Origin: an uncultured Gammaproteobacteria bacterium
GTDB taxonomy: Bacteria; Patescibacteriota; Microgenomatia; Daviesbacterales; UBA10151
Reading direction: 5' to 3'
Assembly: GCA_964362195.1 (NCBI GenBank)
Contig: CAYICZ010000004.1
Span: forward strand, 1-47,933
Length of the DNA stretch: 47,933 nt
A model generated the notes under the pieces. That model searched no databases. It was not told the DNA's origin and was given only the letters and a program-made list of their open reading frames with translations. The position numbers and the translations under genes are program-made. This document shows, piece after piece, positions 1 through 8,171 of this stretch; within the stretch, counting starts at the first letter, position 1, and every line of letters starts with the position of its first letter.

Positions 1-55
1 ACCCGTGACTTCCACTTTACAAAAGTGGCGCTCTAACCAACTGAGCTACATCGGC
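1..55 (-). tRNA. tRNA-Thr(UGU), 3' end cut off by window edge
   Basis: Reverse complement reads GCCGATG TA GCTC AGTTGGTTA GAGC G CCACT TT-TGT-AA AGTGG AAGTC ACGGGT...: acceptor 5' strand, D arm, anticodon arm with TGT, start of T arm. Confidence 0.95.
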
Positions 56-372
56 AATATAGTATATTCTATCAAAAAATTAGGGATATATGTGAGAAGG
101 GGGTGAAAATGGATAATCCCGCCAGTAAGCGGATACTTATCCAAACAAAAATAATAATAATAATTTCTCCCTACAATTTGTCGTCAACCGGATTTTTCCC
201 TCAGTAATTTGAGGTGGGTGTCCTGCCGTGTACCGTAATGGTGCATGGACTGCGGACTCCCATATAGTTACAAAACAATGAAGAAAAATATTCCGGTTTT
301 AAACGTGCAAAGCAGGGATGCCCTGCGGCAGTCCTTTTCAGCCATCTACTAAATGTCTTAAAGGATAACTTA

Positions 373-402
373 ATATTAATTCTTACTAATAGCTCTTGTC
401 AA
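373..402 (-). promoter_or_regulatory. Putative sigma70 promoter pointing toward the tRNA
   Basis: Minus strand TTGACA (402-397), 18 bp, TAATAT (378-373). Confidence 0.5.
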
Positions 403-446
403 GGGGCATTTTAGCCTTAAATTAAATCCAAAAACATTTTGGGTAC

Positions 447-479
447 TTGACAAAGTAATATGCACATGTTAATGTGCAT
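447..479 (+). promoter_or_regulatory. Sigma70 promoter with overlapping inverted-repeat operator
   Basis: TTGACA (447-452), 17 bp, TGn-TAATGT (470-475); perfect IR ATGCACAT-gtta-ATGTGCAT (460-479) covers the -10. Confidence 0.7.
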
Positions 480-483
480 GTGT

Positions 484-681
484 ATGTTAAACAGGCGAGT
501 TCATACTCTTTTTGATAAGGATTTATGGAATAGATTAACTAAAATGGCTAAATCTCAAAATATTTCTTTTGGTGAGTTGATCAGAAGGGCTGTGGGGGAG
601 TATCTGGATAAGCAGGGTGAGCTGCAAAGCAAAGAGCGCCCGGCACCTTTTAATAGATTTTTCAAACCCGCCAGCCGCTAA
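484..681 (+). CDS. CopG/ribbon-helix-helix family regulator
   Basis: RRVHTLFDKDLWNRLTKMAKSQNISFGELIRRAVGEYL fits the beta-alpha-alpha RHH pattern; start moved to ATG 484, 8 nt after the -10. Confidence 0.75.
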   Translation: MLNRRVHTLFDKDLWNRLTKMAKSQNISFGELIRRAVGEYLDKQGELQSKERPAPFNRFFKPASR

Positions 682-698
682 CGTGTTATACTTTTTAG

Positions 699-1913
699 AT
701 GGAAAAAAGCAAAAAATCACCGCTTTTCTTTATCTATTTTGCCACTTTTGTAAACATTATTGGCTTTGGCATGGTCTTTCCTCTGCTGCCTTTTTATGCC
801 AGAGAATTTCAGGCCTCGGAAACTTTAATTGGCCTTTTGGCCTCCTCTTTTGCAGTGGGTGAGTTTTTCTTTGCCCCCATTTGGGGAAGATTATCCGACA
901 GGTTTGGCAGAAAACCGGTTATTTTAACCTCTCTTTTGGGCATCAGCTTTGCCTTCGGCTCATTCGCAGTTGCCAACAATTTAACCTGGCTTTTTATTGC
1001 CAGATTTTTGCAGGGAGTGTTTTCAGCCGGCACTTTTACCTCGGCATCAGCCTATGTGGCTGATATTACCACCAGGCAAGAGCGCATCCAGGGCATGAGC
1101 AAGCTGGGGGCATCGGTGGCAGCAGGATTCATCTTCGGCCCGGCAGTTGGAGGGATACTATCTTCCCTCAACCATCAGCTGCCCTTTTTTGCAGCCTCCG
1201 CTTTAACAATTGTTAATCTGATTTTTGTCCAAATACTGCTTAAAGAATCTTTAAAAGTTAAAGAAGAAAGATTAGTTTTAAAGGAGGGATTTTTAAATAT
1301 AAAAGCCATGTATCACGGCCTGCGGGGTGAGTTAGGAACACTTTTTATACTTATATTCTTATGGTCATATGCCCTCTCCAACAACCAGGTGGCAATTCCT
1401 CTTTTTGGGGCGGAGGTATTGGTTATTTCTGCTGTCACCATCGGTATCTTTTTTTCCCTGCAGGGTTTTACATCAGCTTTTGTTCAATGGTTTTTACTTG
1501 CCAAAATTTCCCATAAAATAGGGGAGCATCACGCGGCTGTTTTAGGGTTGTCAATAATGGCTTTAAGTTTGTTTTTGATGCCTTTCTCTGCCGTGCCGTA
1601 TCTTCTGGCGCTACTTATGATGGCCTTTTCCTTTGGTTCTGCCATTACCCGGCCAACTGTCCAGACTCTTATTTCCAAAAAAACCCACGAAGGCCAGGGT
1701 ACCACCATGGGCATTGCTGCCTCTTTTGAAAGTCTAGGGAGGATAATCGGACCGATTTTGGGCGGGGTTGTCTTTTATTCGCTTGGATACAAAGCAGCCT
1801 TTTTAATGGTGGTAGTAGTTATTGCCGCAATGTTATTTTATGTAATTCTTAAAAAGAAATTCCTAAAACCCGAGGCCCGTCCTGAGCGAAGTCGAAAGGT
1901 ATCTACTTACTAG
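699..1913 (+). CDS. MFS transporter (TetA/DHA1-like drug:H+ antiporter family)
   Basis: About 12 hydrophobic segments; motif A GRLSDRFGRKPV; motif C GFIFGPAVGG. Confidence 0.93.
   Translation: MEKSKKSPLFFIYFATFVNIIGFGMVFPLLPFYAREFQASETLIGLLASSFAVGEFFFAPIWGRLSDRFGRKPVILTSLLGISFAFGSFAVANNLTWLFIARFLQGVFSAGTFTSASAYVADITTRQERIQGMSKLGASVAAGFIFGPAVGGILSSLNHQLPFFAASALTIVNLIFVQILLKESLKVKEERLVLKEGFLNIKAMYHGLRGELGTLFILIFLWSYALSNNQVAIPLFGAEVLVISAVTIGIFFSLQGFTSAFVQWFLLAKISHKIGEHHAAVLGLSIMALSLFLMPFSAVPYLLALLMMAFSFGSAITRPTVQTLISKKTHEGQGTTMGIAASFESLGRIIGPILGGVVFYSLGYKAAFLMVVVVIAAMLFYVILKKKFLKPEARPERSRKVSTY
1875..1900 (+). repeat. Small palindromic element in frame in the MFS C-terminus (ARPERSRK)
   Basis: GTCCTGAGCGAAGTCGAAAGG; shares GTCCTGAGCGA (11 bp) with the copy at 26315. 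Confidence 0.65.
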
Positions 1914-1974
1914 AATGTGCGGAGCTTAAGTTCTCGTTTGATTTATAAACCTATAGTCGGTATAATGGCAAATT

Positions 1975-3165
1975 ATGGCTAGTCCGGAGACCAGAAATAC
2001 TAATTTTGTCGGCCTAGATCCGTTAAGATTTTCCCCGGCTGCCAGGTTTGTAAAGGAAGCTGTGGAGGATGGCGCTCATTTTGGCAATGCAGAAAAAGAC
2101 CCTGCATGGGAGAGAAAAGTTGATATCACCCTGACATATTATTTTGGTAAATACGAAGGGGTGGGTAACAACCGGTCATTATCCGCCGGGGAAGTGGGCA
2201 GGATATTTCCCGGGCAAAACGGTTCTCTAACCAGAGCAAGGGTCTGGCAGATTTTGAATGAAACAGTGCCTAACTTATATCAGGGGTGCTCCCCGGATAT
2301 TCAAGGCAGATATTCCCCGGAGGCGCTAAAAAAACAGCTGGCCAAGCCGACATTTTTAACTCTTCCAAAAGGCACCACCAGAAATATTATTGCGGATGTG
2401 GATGCTGGTGTGCCTTATACCAGCTTAAAAGAAAGATATAATTATGATAGTTTATCTGTAGCCAGGAGAATATTAGAGCCGTTTGGAATATTTGTGCCGT
2501 ATGGGGAGAGCAGACAGCAGACCCTATTGTTTATAGAACAGTTGAAAAAAGTAGGGCCGGAGACTGACAAAGAAACCATCAAGGCCCTGCTTGGACAGGC
2601 AAAGAATGGTTTTATGATGAATCATAAGGACATTTTTGATCAATATTTTATATCCCTGTCAAAACTACTGTACAACTTGGGATTTCATTTTACTCATAAA
2701 GACGGCGGTATAACTGTTTTTATAAATAAACTGGGTCAGTCTGATATTCCCTTTGGACAATTTATACGGGAGGTTAAAAGCGGCCCTCAAAAAGGACCAC
2801 ACCGGTATTTTTTTGTGTTTAGGGTACAGAAAAAACAGATTGAAGAAACTTTATTACCTGATCCGGATTTGGCAAGATTTTTGCAAAGCAAGGTCAGCCA
2901 AATAACCGGGGTAAAGGCAGAAAAACTGCCAAATACCCATGAATTACGACATAGTGGAGATTACCGGAGTGTAGGCAATCTATGCAGGAGACTGGGAATC
3001 AAAGTTGGAGGACGAGGGCTTAAGATGATGGAAGATTTATTAGCTGATTGTCCTTGTCCAGTTTTTAAATATTCAAATGATAATAGTTATTTTTATCCGG
3101 TTGAATTCGAAAGCCAATTGGCTGATTTTTTAGTTACATTGACTCAAGCATGGAAGGGGGAGTAG
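1975..3165 (+). CDS. Orphan protein with sigma70 region 4-like HTH
   Basis: 396-aa ORF; LSAGEVGRIF...LTRARVWQI resembles TLxEVGxxFxVTRERVRQI; own promoter TTGATT-17-TATAAT-8-ATG. Confidence 0.6.
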   Translation: MASPETRNTNFVGLDPLRFSPAARFVKEAVEDGAHFGNAEKDPAWERKVDITLTYYFGKYEGVGNNRSLSAGEVGRIFPGQNGSLTRARVWQILNETVPNLYQGCSPDIQGRYSPEALKKQLAKPTFLTLPKGTTRNIIADVDAGVPYTSLKERYNYDSLSVARRILEPFGIFVPYGESRQQTLLFIEQLKKVGPETDKETIKALLGQAKNGFMMNHKDIFDQYFISLSKLLYNLGFHFTHKDGGITVFINKLGQSDIPFGQFIREVKSGPQKGPHRYFFVFRVQKKQIEETLLPDPDLARFLQSKVSQITGVKAEKLPNTHELRHSGDYRSVGNLCRRLGIKVGGRGLKMMEDLLADCPCPVFKYSNDNSYFYPVEFESQLADFLVTLTQAWKGE

Positions 3166-3177
3166 AATTGGCCGGCT

Positions 3178-4221
3178 ATGGCAGAAAGAGTAGATACAAG
3201 ACCAAGGGTAGTTTTGGCCCTGTTGGCAGGCATGACTTTGGGAGTAACCTTTGGTTTAACCGGATGTTCTGAACCACTTCCCGCAGTCAGCACGGTATCT
3301 CCGTTAAATGAGGGGGATTTAAATCCTCCCACTGAAGCGGAACTTGGTAGAGAAGCCCTGGACCTTTTTACAAAGCCATCTCGATTCAGCAGACAGCTGG
3401 TTATTGAAAGGGCTAGATTTTGGCAGGAAGTATCTGGTGGGAATGGAGATTTTAAAATTAACAGGGGATATTTGGTGGCAGGGAATGGCAGATTGTTTAG
3501 TTTAGGTACACCTGACGGATTGACCATTGCCAATGTTTTGGTAGAAGCAAGTCTTATGAATAGATTTCCCGATGCGGCGCCCTGGTGGAAAGCACTGCCT
3601 GATACGGCTCTTGATGATATTTGGTGGATGTCAAAAAGAGTCACTATTTCACCTCTTTCCACAAATTTTATCAGTCCGCATGATTTAGTGGACTTAGCCC
3701 GAGGCATGCGAATTCTTGAATCAGCTGGCCAGGAAATACCTATTAGTGTGGCAATTAATCCCACTAAGCGTCTGCCAGCCAAAACACTTAATTTTACTGG
3801 GGAACCGTACAGAGATTTGGCTGTTTTTGTTTTGGAGAAAAATCCTAATCTGCTGGAAGATTATAAAAAAGCTGTGGATGAGGCTTTAGCTAATATCAGC
3901 CAACCATCTTTGCGGCTGGAGTTTCTTAGTGTCAGTAAATACGGGTACCTGACTTACCAAGACAGCCCAAAACAGGAACTCTTAACCACCCTTGCCTACT
4001 TTTTAAGGAATGCGGAAGATATTAAAAGGAGAATAGAAGTTGCCAAGAAAGCAGGGTTTACAGATGAGGCGGGAATTTTAGAAGTTAAACTTAAGATACT
4101 TAAGCAGTGGCTGGAAAGACCGGTTAAAGATACGGCTTCTTTAGGAATGTCTTTGCTGCAGACTTCAAATGAGGCTTTCCATCCGGGCTGCCCCGAATGC
4201 AGGCTACTGTTTCCTCAATAG
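3178..4221 (+). CDS. Hypothetical putative lipoprotein
   Basis: 347-aa ORF; hydrophobic N-terminus ending LTGC (lipobox-like); C-terminal CPEC; promoter TTGACT-18-TAGAAT. Confidence 0.6.
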   Translation: MAERVDTRPRVVLALLAGMTLGVTFGLTGCSEPLPAVSTVSPLNEGDLNPPTEAELGREALDLFTKPSRFSRQLVIERARFWQEVSGGNGDFKINRGYLVAGNGRLFSLGTPDGLTIANVLVEASLMNRFPDAAPWWKALPDTALDDIWWMSKRVTISPLSTNFISPHDLVDLARGMRILESAGQEIPISVAINPTKRLPAKTLNFTGEPYRDLAVFVLEKNPNLLEDYKKAVDEALANISQPSLRLEFLSVSKYGYLTYQDSPKQELLTTLAYFLRNAEDIKRRIEVAKKAGFTDEAGILEVKLKILKQWLERPVKDTASLGMSLLQTSNEAFHPGCPECRLLFPQ

Positions 4222-4239
4222 CATTCCGATACAGTTTCG

Positions 4240-4458
4240 TTAGAATCCTCTTTCCATTCTATCAAAGATGAGCTGTAGTCCCAACCTAAGTTTTGCAGAT
4301 AATGGTCTCGTCTGGGAGTGTTGTCTTATGTGTCTGCGACGGGGACGCTTTTCTGTGTATGGAGGATTTACATCACCAAGCTCGGGAGTTATTACCCCGC
4401 GTAACTGCCCAAGAAAAGCATGAAGTTCTACTCTTGAACCTCTGACTAACTCCCGCAT
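4240..4458 (-). CDS. Small basic hypothetical protein
   Basis: 72-aa ORF filling the gap without overlap; TGnTATATT upstream. Confidence 0.45.
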   Translation of the reverse strand: MRELVRGSRVELHAFLGQLRGVITPELGDVNPPYTEKRPRRRHIRQHSQTRPLSAKLRLGLQLIFDRMERGF

Positions 4459-4484
4459 ATGTTTAGAAGCCTAATATACCACTG

Positions 4485-5108
4485 TTAAGCGCCAAGTAAA
4501 ACAGCCGCAATTAATCTGGCTATACTAAAAACAAATCCCAGCATCCCGGTCAAAAGCAGGAATATTAAAATCATAAAGCCATATGGCTCTATTTTTTGAT
4601 AACTTTTTGCCAAATTATATGGTAGCTGTGACATTAAAACTTTTGATCCATCAAGAGGAGGAATAGGCAGGAGATTAAAAATTCCCAAAAGAAGATTGAT
4701 TGTTACTGTAAATTGTAAGATGGATCCTAAAATATCAGGGAAAGTTTGGGGAAGGGCATTTAAGAAATGATAGAGTACTGCAGCAGCAATGGCCAAACTA
4801 AAGTTTGCTAAAATTCCTGCAGCAGAAACAAAAAGCTCACCCTTTCTAATGTTTGAAAAATTAAGAGGGTTAACAGGCACGGGTTTGGCCCAGCCAAAAA
4901 GGATGGGGGAGCCTGTTAGGATTAGAAGGCCTGGTAAAAGAACGGTTCCAATTGGATCTATATGAGGTAGGGGATTTAAAGTCAGTCTGCCAGCATGTTC
5001 TGCTGTACGATCTCCAAATTTTCTGGCCACAAATCCATGCATAACTTCATGGACTATAACTGAAAAAAGCAAAATTACTATTGATAGGGCTAGAAACTCC
5101 GGGTTCAT
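4485..5108 (-). CDS. Site-2 protease, peptidase M50 family
   Basis: HEVMH zinc motif, GRLTLNPLPHID, NLLPIPPLDG. Confidence 0.93.
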   Translation of the reverse strand: MNPEFLALSIVILLFSVIVHEVMHGFVARKFGDRTAEHAGRLTLNPLPHIDPIGTVLLPGLLILTGSPILFGWAKPVPVNPLNFSNIRKGELFVSAAGILANFSLAIAAAVLYHFLNALPQTFPDILGSILQFTVTINLLLGIFNLLPIPPLDGSKVLMSQLPYNLAKSYQKIEPYGFMILIFLLLTGMLGFVFSIARLIAAVLLGA

Positions 5109-5126
5109 TATGTTATATTACCATAT

Positions 5127-5366
5127 ATGTTAGCGTGCACAAGATGTGGAAAGACAAAAGTTATATCAGCCTATTCCAGGCACAAGAAAGGTTCATCCGG
5201 AGCCGGGGGAGTTTGGGCGCTGCGGGCCCCCATTCATCAAAGAACTCAAAAACCAAACCTGCATGTTTACAAGGGTAAAAAATACTGCACCAAGTGTTTA
5301 AGGATAGTAAAAGTGAACTTAACGATAACGAAACCTATACTCCAAGAGGTTACTGCTGCTGCTTAA
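5127..5366 (+). CDS. rpmB: 50S ribosomal protein L28 (zinc-binding type)
   Basis: CTRCGK...SRH...R.QKPNL...CTKCLR. Confidence 0.85.
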   Translation: MLACTRCGKTKVISAYSRHKKGSSGAGGVWALRAPIHQRTQKPNLHVYKGKKYCTKCLRIVKVNLTITKPILQEVTAAA

Positions 5367-5420
5367 GTTATATCCTATAGGATTTGATATATCCAACGAG
5401 AAGTGGTATGATTTTAGCGT

Positions 5421-6179
5421 ATGGTGCAGTTAGAATTAGATATTAGATTTCCAACAGATCGTAGCGATGAAGAAACCGTTTTTTATAGGAGCAGGATTTT
5501 AAGAGAATTTAAACAAGGGCAAAGAAGCAATTCCAAAAATTTTCAGACTTTCTCTTTTGAAGAAGCTATCTTAAAATTTTCCGCAAAAACTAACCTTTAT
5601 TTTAAAGAATTAAGTGATAATAGTGGAGATGATATTGATCAGTGGGTTGCCAGAGCTTTAGGTAAGGCCTTACCTTATTTTGCAGGTAAAAAGGGAAATT
5701 TTAGAAGCTTAGGGCATTTCTGGAAAACTTATTATGAAGATATAATTTATCATTTAGCTGTAGATAGGCACCGTTTAATAGTAGGACGGCAACATGAAAC
5801 TATACTTCCTTTTCCATCCAAAGAGGTTAGAGAACAGAGGCGAATTGGTTTTCAGCCACCCTTATTAAGAGAAGCTAGGGTAAATTTGGCAGGTCATGAT
5901 CTAAGCAAACAATTCCTGGCTGATTTACGAAACCCCAGAGGGGTTTTATTTGGTAAAGAAATTATTGGTTTAAACCCTGATTATGTTGTTGGGTTAGATA
6001 AACATAGAAAGAGAGCTTTAATTTTAAAATCTTTAAACCCTAGACTCTCGAGTAAAGAAATTGCGAAAATTTTGGAGGATGAAGGGTTTGGGACATTTGC
6101 AGATTCTGCAGTGAGAGTCTGGTTTAAAAGAGCTAAAGATCATCAGAGTACCGGGCTACTTACTACACAAGCTGTTTAA
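5421..6179 (+). CDS. Orphan ECF sigma factor-like protein
   Basis: C-terminal LDKHRKRALIL...LSSKEIAKIL...SAVRVWFKRAK resembles ECF region 4; promoter TTGATA-17-TATGAT-8-ATG. Confidence 0.55.
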   Translation: MVQLELDIRFPTDRSDEETVFYRSRILREFKQGQRSNSKNFQTFSFEEAILKFSAKTNLYFKELSDNSGDDIDQWVARALGKALPYFAGKKGNFRSLGHFWKTYYEDIIYHLAVDRHRLIVGRQHETILPFPSKEVREQRRIGFQPPLLREARVNLAGHDLSKQFLADLRNPRGVLFGKEIIGLNPDYVVGLDKHRKRALILKSLNPRLSSKEIAKILEDEGFGTFADSAVRVWFKRAKDHQSTGLLTTQAV

Positions 6180-6204
6180 CGGAAAATCCGGGTAGCCGTT
6201 GAGG
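6177..6204 (-). repeat. Stranded second copy of the fmt 3' end (LNGYPDFPL)
   Basis: 6181-6200 is identical to 7276-7295 (GGAAAATCCGGGTAGCCGTT); flanking mismatches are synonymous in the fmt frame. Confidence 0.85.
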
Positions 6205-6213
6205 GAACCCCTT

Positions 6214-7257
6214 TTAGGCAGCTTCAGCTAAATTTTCCAAATCCGGGAGGATAGGTTCCGAGATACCACTAACTTTTCTCCAGAAATACTGTTCTACATC
6301 CCAAATATAAACTGTTTCCGGTTTAAGACCATAAGTTTCAATCAGCCCTCTTTGGGCTTTGCCTGCTTCATAAGGATAGACCGCCCCCATTTTGTTATCT
6401 GTCCAGGGAAACATCTGCAGTTCCGGTACCTTTACTCCTTTGCCAAAAACTCTGCACAGAGAAGCTAAAGCCTGGATAACTGACCAGGGTGGCATTGCTT
6501 TATCAGCCTGGTTGTAGATATTTATACCCAAGATGTCGCTATTTTCGATCACATGCAAAATTAGTTCAGGGGTATCAAACGGGATGTTTTGTAGGATCGG
6601 GCGGCGGTAAGGGTCCAGTGATCTGACCATTTGTACCTCCTGAAGATTGAATTCTGGCGAAACATAGCGGTAATTGGTTAGCGGCAATCTTTGGGAGAAA
6701 GCTTCATTTTCCACCTGGATGGAGGTGATCTCTCTGATCGGGAGGAAACGTTCGGAAACGTCTGTTAATAATTTAAAAACCAGATCTCTAAACTCCGGAT
6801 CAGTATCAATTTGACCGGGATGTTTCAAATAAGGAAATTTTTCCTCCAGATCTTTTGGTACATGCACCTCTGGCCACCAAATGGTTTTTACCCCCATCTG
6901 TAAGGCAATACGCTTACCTTTTTTAATAGCTTCATTAATACAGAAATCTATTGTAGAATAATCGGCTTTGCCGTTGTAACCGTAGGCCACATCAAAAGGT
7001 ACGGCAATTCTAACGTTTCCAAAGGGTAAAGCAAGTATGTCGTTAATAGTCTGACGAAAGTTTAATCCTAACCAATTAATTCTTTTAGGACTAAGATTTA
7101 CCCCCATTTGATCAGGTGATAATTTTAAGCTGGTTTGGGTCGTTTCTTGAGGTTGATCATTTAGTCCCAGGCCTACTTCGGCAGTCAATAAAAGAGCAGC
7201 CATGCCTTTTAAAAAATCACGTCTGGTAGTCTGACTTTCTTTCGGTTCGATAGTCAT
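6214..7257 (-). CDS. Putative clan GH-A glycoside hydrolase-like protein with twin-arginine-like N-terminus
   Basis: TRRDFLK followed by a hydrophobic helix; VRIAVPF, QVENE (acid/base-like), VPELQ (nucleophile-like). Confidence 0.6.
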   Translation of the reverse strand: MTIEPKESQTTRRDFLKGMAALLLTAEVGLGLNDQPQETTQTSLKLSPDQMGVNLSPKRINWLGLNFRQTINDILALPFGNVRIAVPFDVAYGYNGKADYSTIDFCINEAIKKGKRIALQMGVKTIWWPEVHVPKDLEEKFPYLKHPGQIDTDPEFRDLVFKLLTDVSERFLPIREITSIQVENEAFSQRLPLTNYRYVSPEFNLQEVQMVRSLDPYRRPILQNIPFDTPELILHVIENSDILGINIYNQADKAMPPWSVIQALASLCRVFGKGVKVPELQMFPWTDNKMGAVYPYEAGKAQRGLIETYGLKPETVYIWDVEQYFWRKVSGISEPILPDLENLAEAA

Positions 7258-8171
7258 TTATTTGTTGATTTTAGGGGAAAATCCGGGTAGCCGTTCAGGA
7301 AATCTTTTAAAGATATAGCTTTTTTGCCTTCCATTTGCAACATATTTCCTGGTAGGAATTTAACTATGCGGGCTTGCCCGCTGGAGCCCGAAGGGCGAAA
7401 GCGGGTCCAAACCCCCGGCCAGGGGTAATATGCCCGAATCATTCTGTTTAATTTTTGTGGATCAGGTTGGTTATCAATGGGGAAGTAGCCACTTTCTCTG
7501 GTTAATTTATCACAAAATGTAGCGATCGCATCATTTTGTTTTTTCAAAGTTATCTTTCCTGCAGCAAAATCCTCAATAATTTTGGGTAAAACCTCAGCCG
7601 CTTGCTGAAACATTTTTTTACTCAAAGTATCAAAATTATCTTCATTAAAGAGCTCTAAAGTATCTTGATAAATAATGGGTCCATGATCCACTTCCTCATC
7701 CATTTTTATGATAGTTATTCCGGTTTCGCTGTCTCCATTTAATATAGCTTGCTGAATAGGTGAAGGACCTCTGTATTTGGGTAAGAGTGATGGGTGAACA
7801 TTCAAGCTTCCGAATTTTGGAATGTTTAAGATAAATTTTGGAATAATTTTGCCGAAAGAAGCAACTACAAATAGATCAGGCTTGAAATTTGAGATTTGGG
7901 ATTGGAAATTTTCATCCAGCTTTCCGGAAGTAAATATTGGTCCTTTGAAATAATTAGCTACAGCAGAATCTGAAGCAGTAACCACTGCCACAACCTCAAA
8001 ATTATCTTCCAGCGCCTGCAAGATAGGAATAACAAAAAGATCACTTCCAAAAAAGATAACTTTAATTTCGTTTAGTTTGATCTTTCCTAAATATTTTTCA
8101 ACCTCTTTCATATAAACCGGGATGATTTCTAAAGTAGAAAGGGGGACTTGTGGATGCTGCAGCTTTATCAT
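7254..8171 (-). CDS. fmt: Methionyl-tRNA formyltransferase
   Basis: IFFGS, LNVHPSLLPKYRGPSPIQ, VDHGPI, IRAYYPWPG; adjacent to def. Confidence 0.95.
   Translation of the reverse strand: MIKLQHPQVPLSTLEIIPVYMKEVEKYLGKIKLNEIKVIFFGSDLFVIPILQALEDNFEVVAVVTASDSAVANYFKGPIFTSGKLDENFQSQISNFKPDLFVVASFGKIIPKFILNIPKFGSLNVHPSLLPKYRGPSPIQQAILNGDSETGITIIKMDEEVDHGPIIYQDTLELFNEDNFDTLSKKMFQQAAEVLPKIIEDFAAGKITLKKQNDAIATFCDKLTRESGYFPIDNQPDPQKLNRMIRAYYPWPGVWTRFRPSGSSGQARIVKFLPGNMLQMEGKKAISLKDFLNGYPDFPLKSTNK
7368..7405. repeat. Palindromic element in frame in fmt (RFRPSGSSGQAR)
   Basis: CCCGCT-GGA-GCCC-GAA-GGGC-GAA-AGCGGG stem/internal loop/stem; GC-rich island in an AT-rich gene. Confidence 0.8.
7882..7909. repeat. 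Period-7 tract in fmt (NFQSQISNF)
   Basis: TTGAAAT TTGAGAT TTGGGAT TGGAAAT. Confidence 0.75.

Noticed and set aside
3144-3782. 212-aa antisense ORF and the other short overlapping ORFs in the track
   Set aside because: They shadow longer genes that have motifs or promoters, and show no motifs of their own.
6150-6179. Orphan C-terminus (TTQAV*) as a displaced rpmB tail (VTAAA*), i.e. a third scar
   Set aside because: Similarity is too short and low-complexity to support without relatives.
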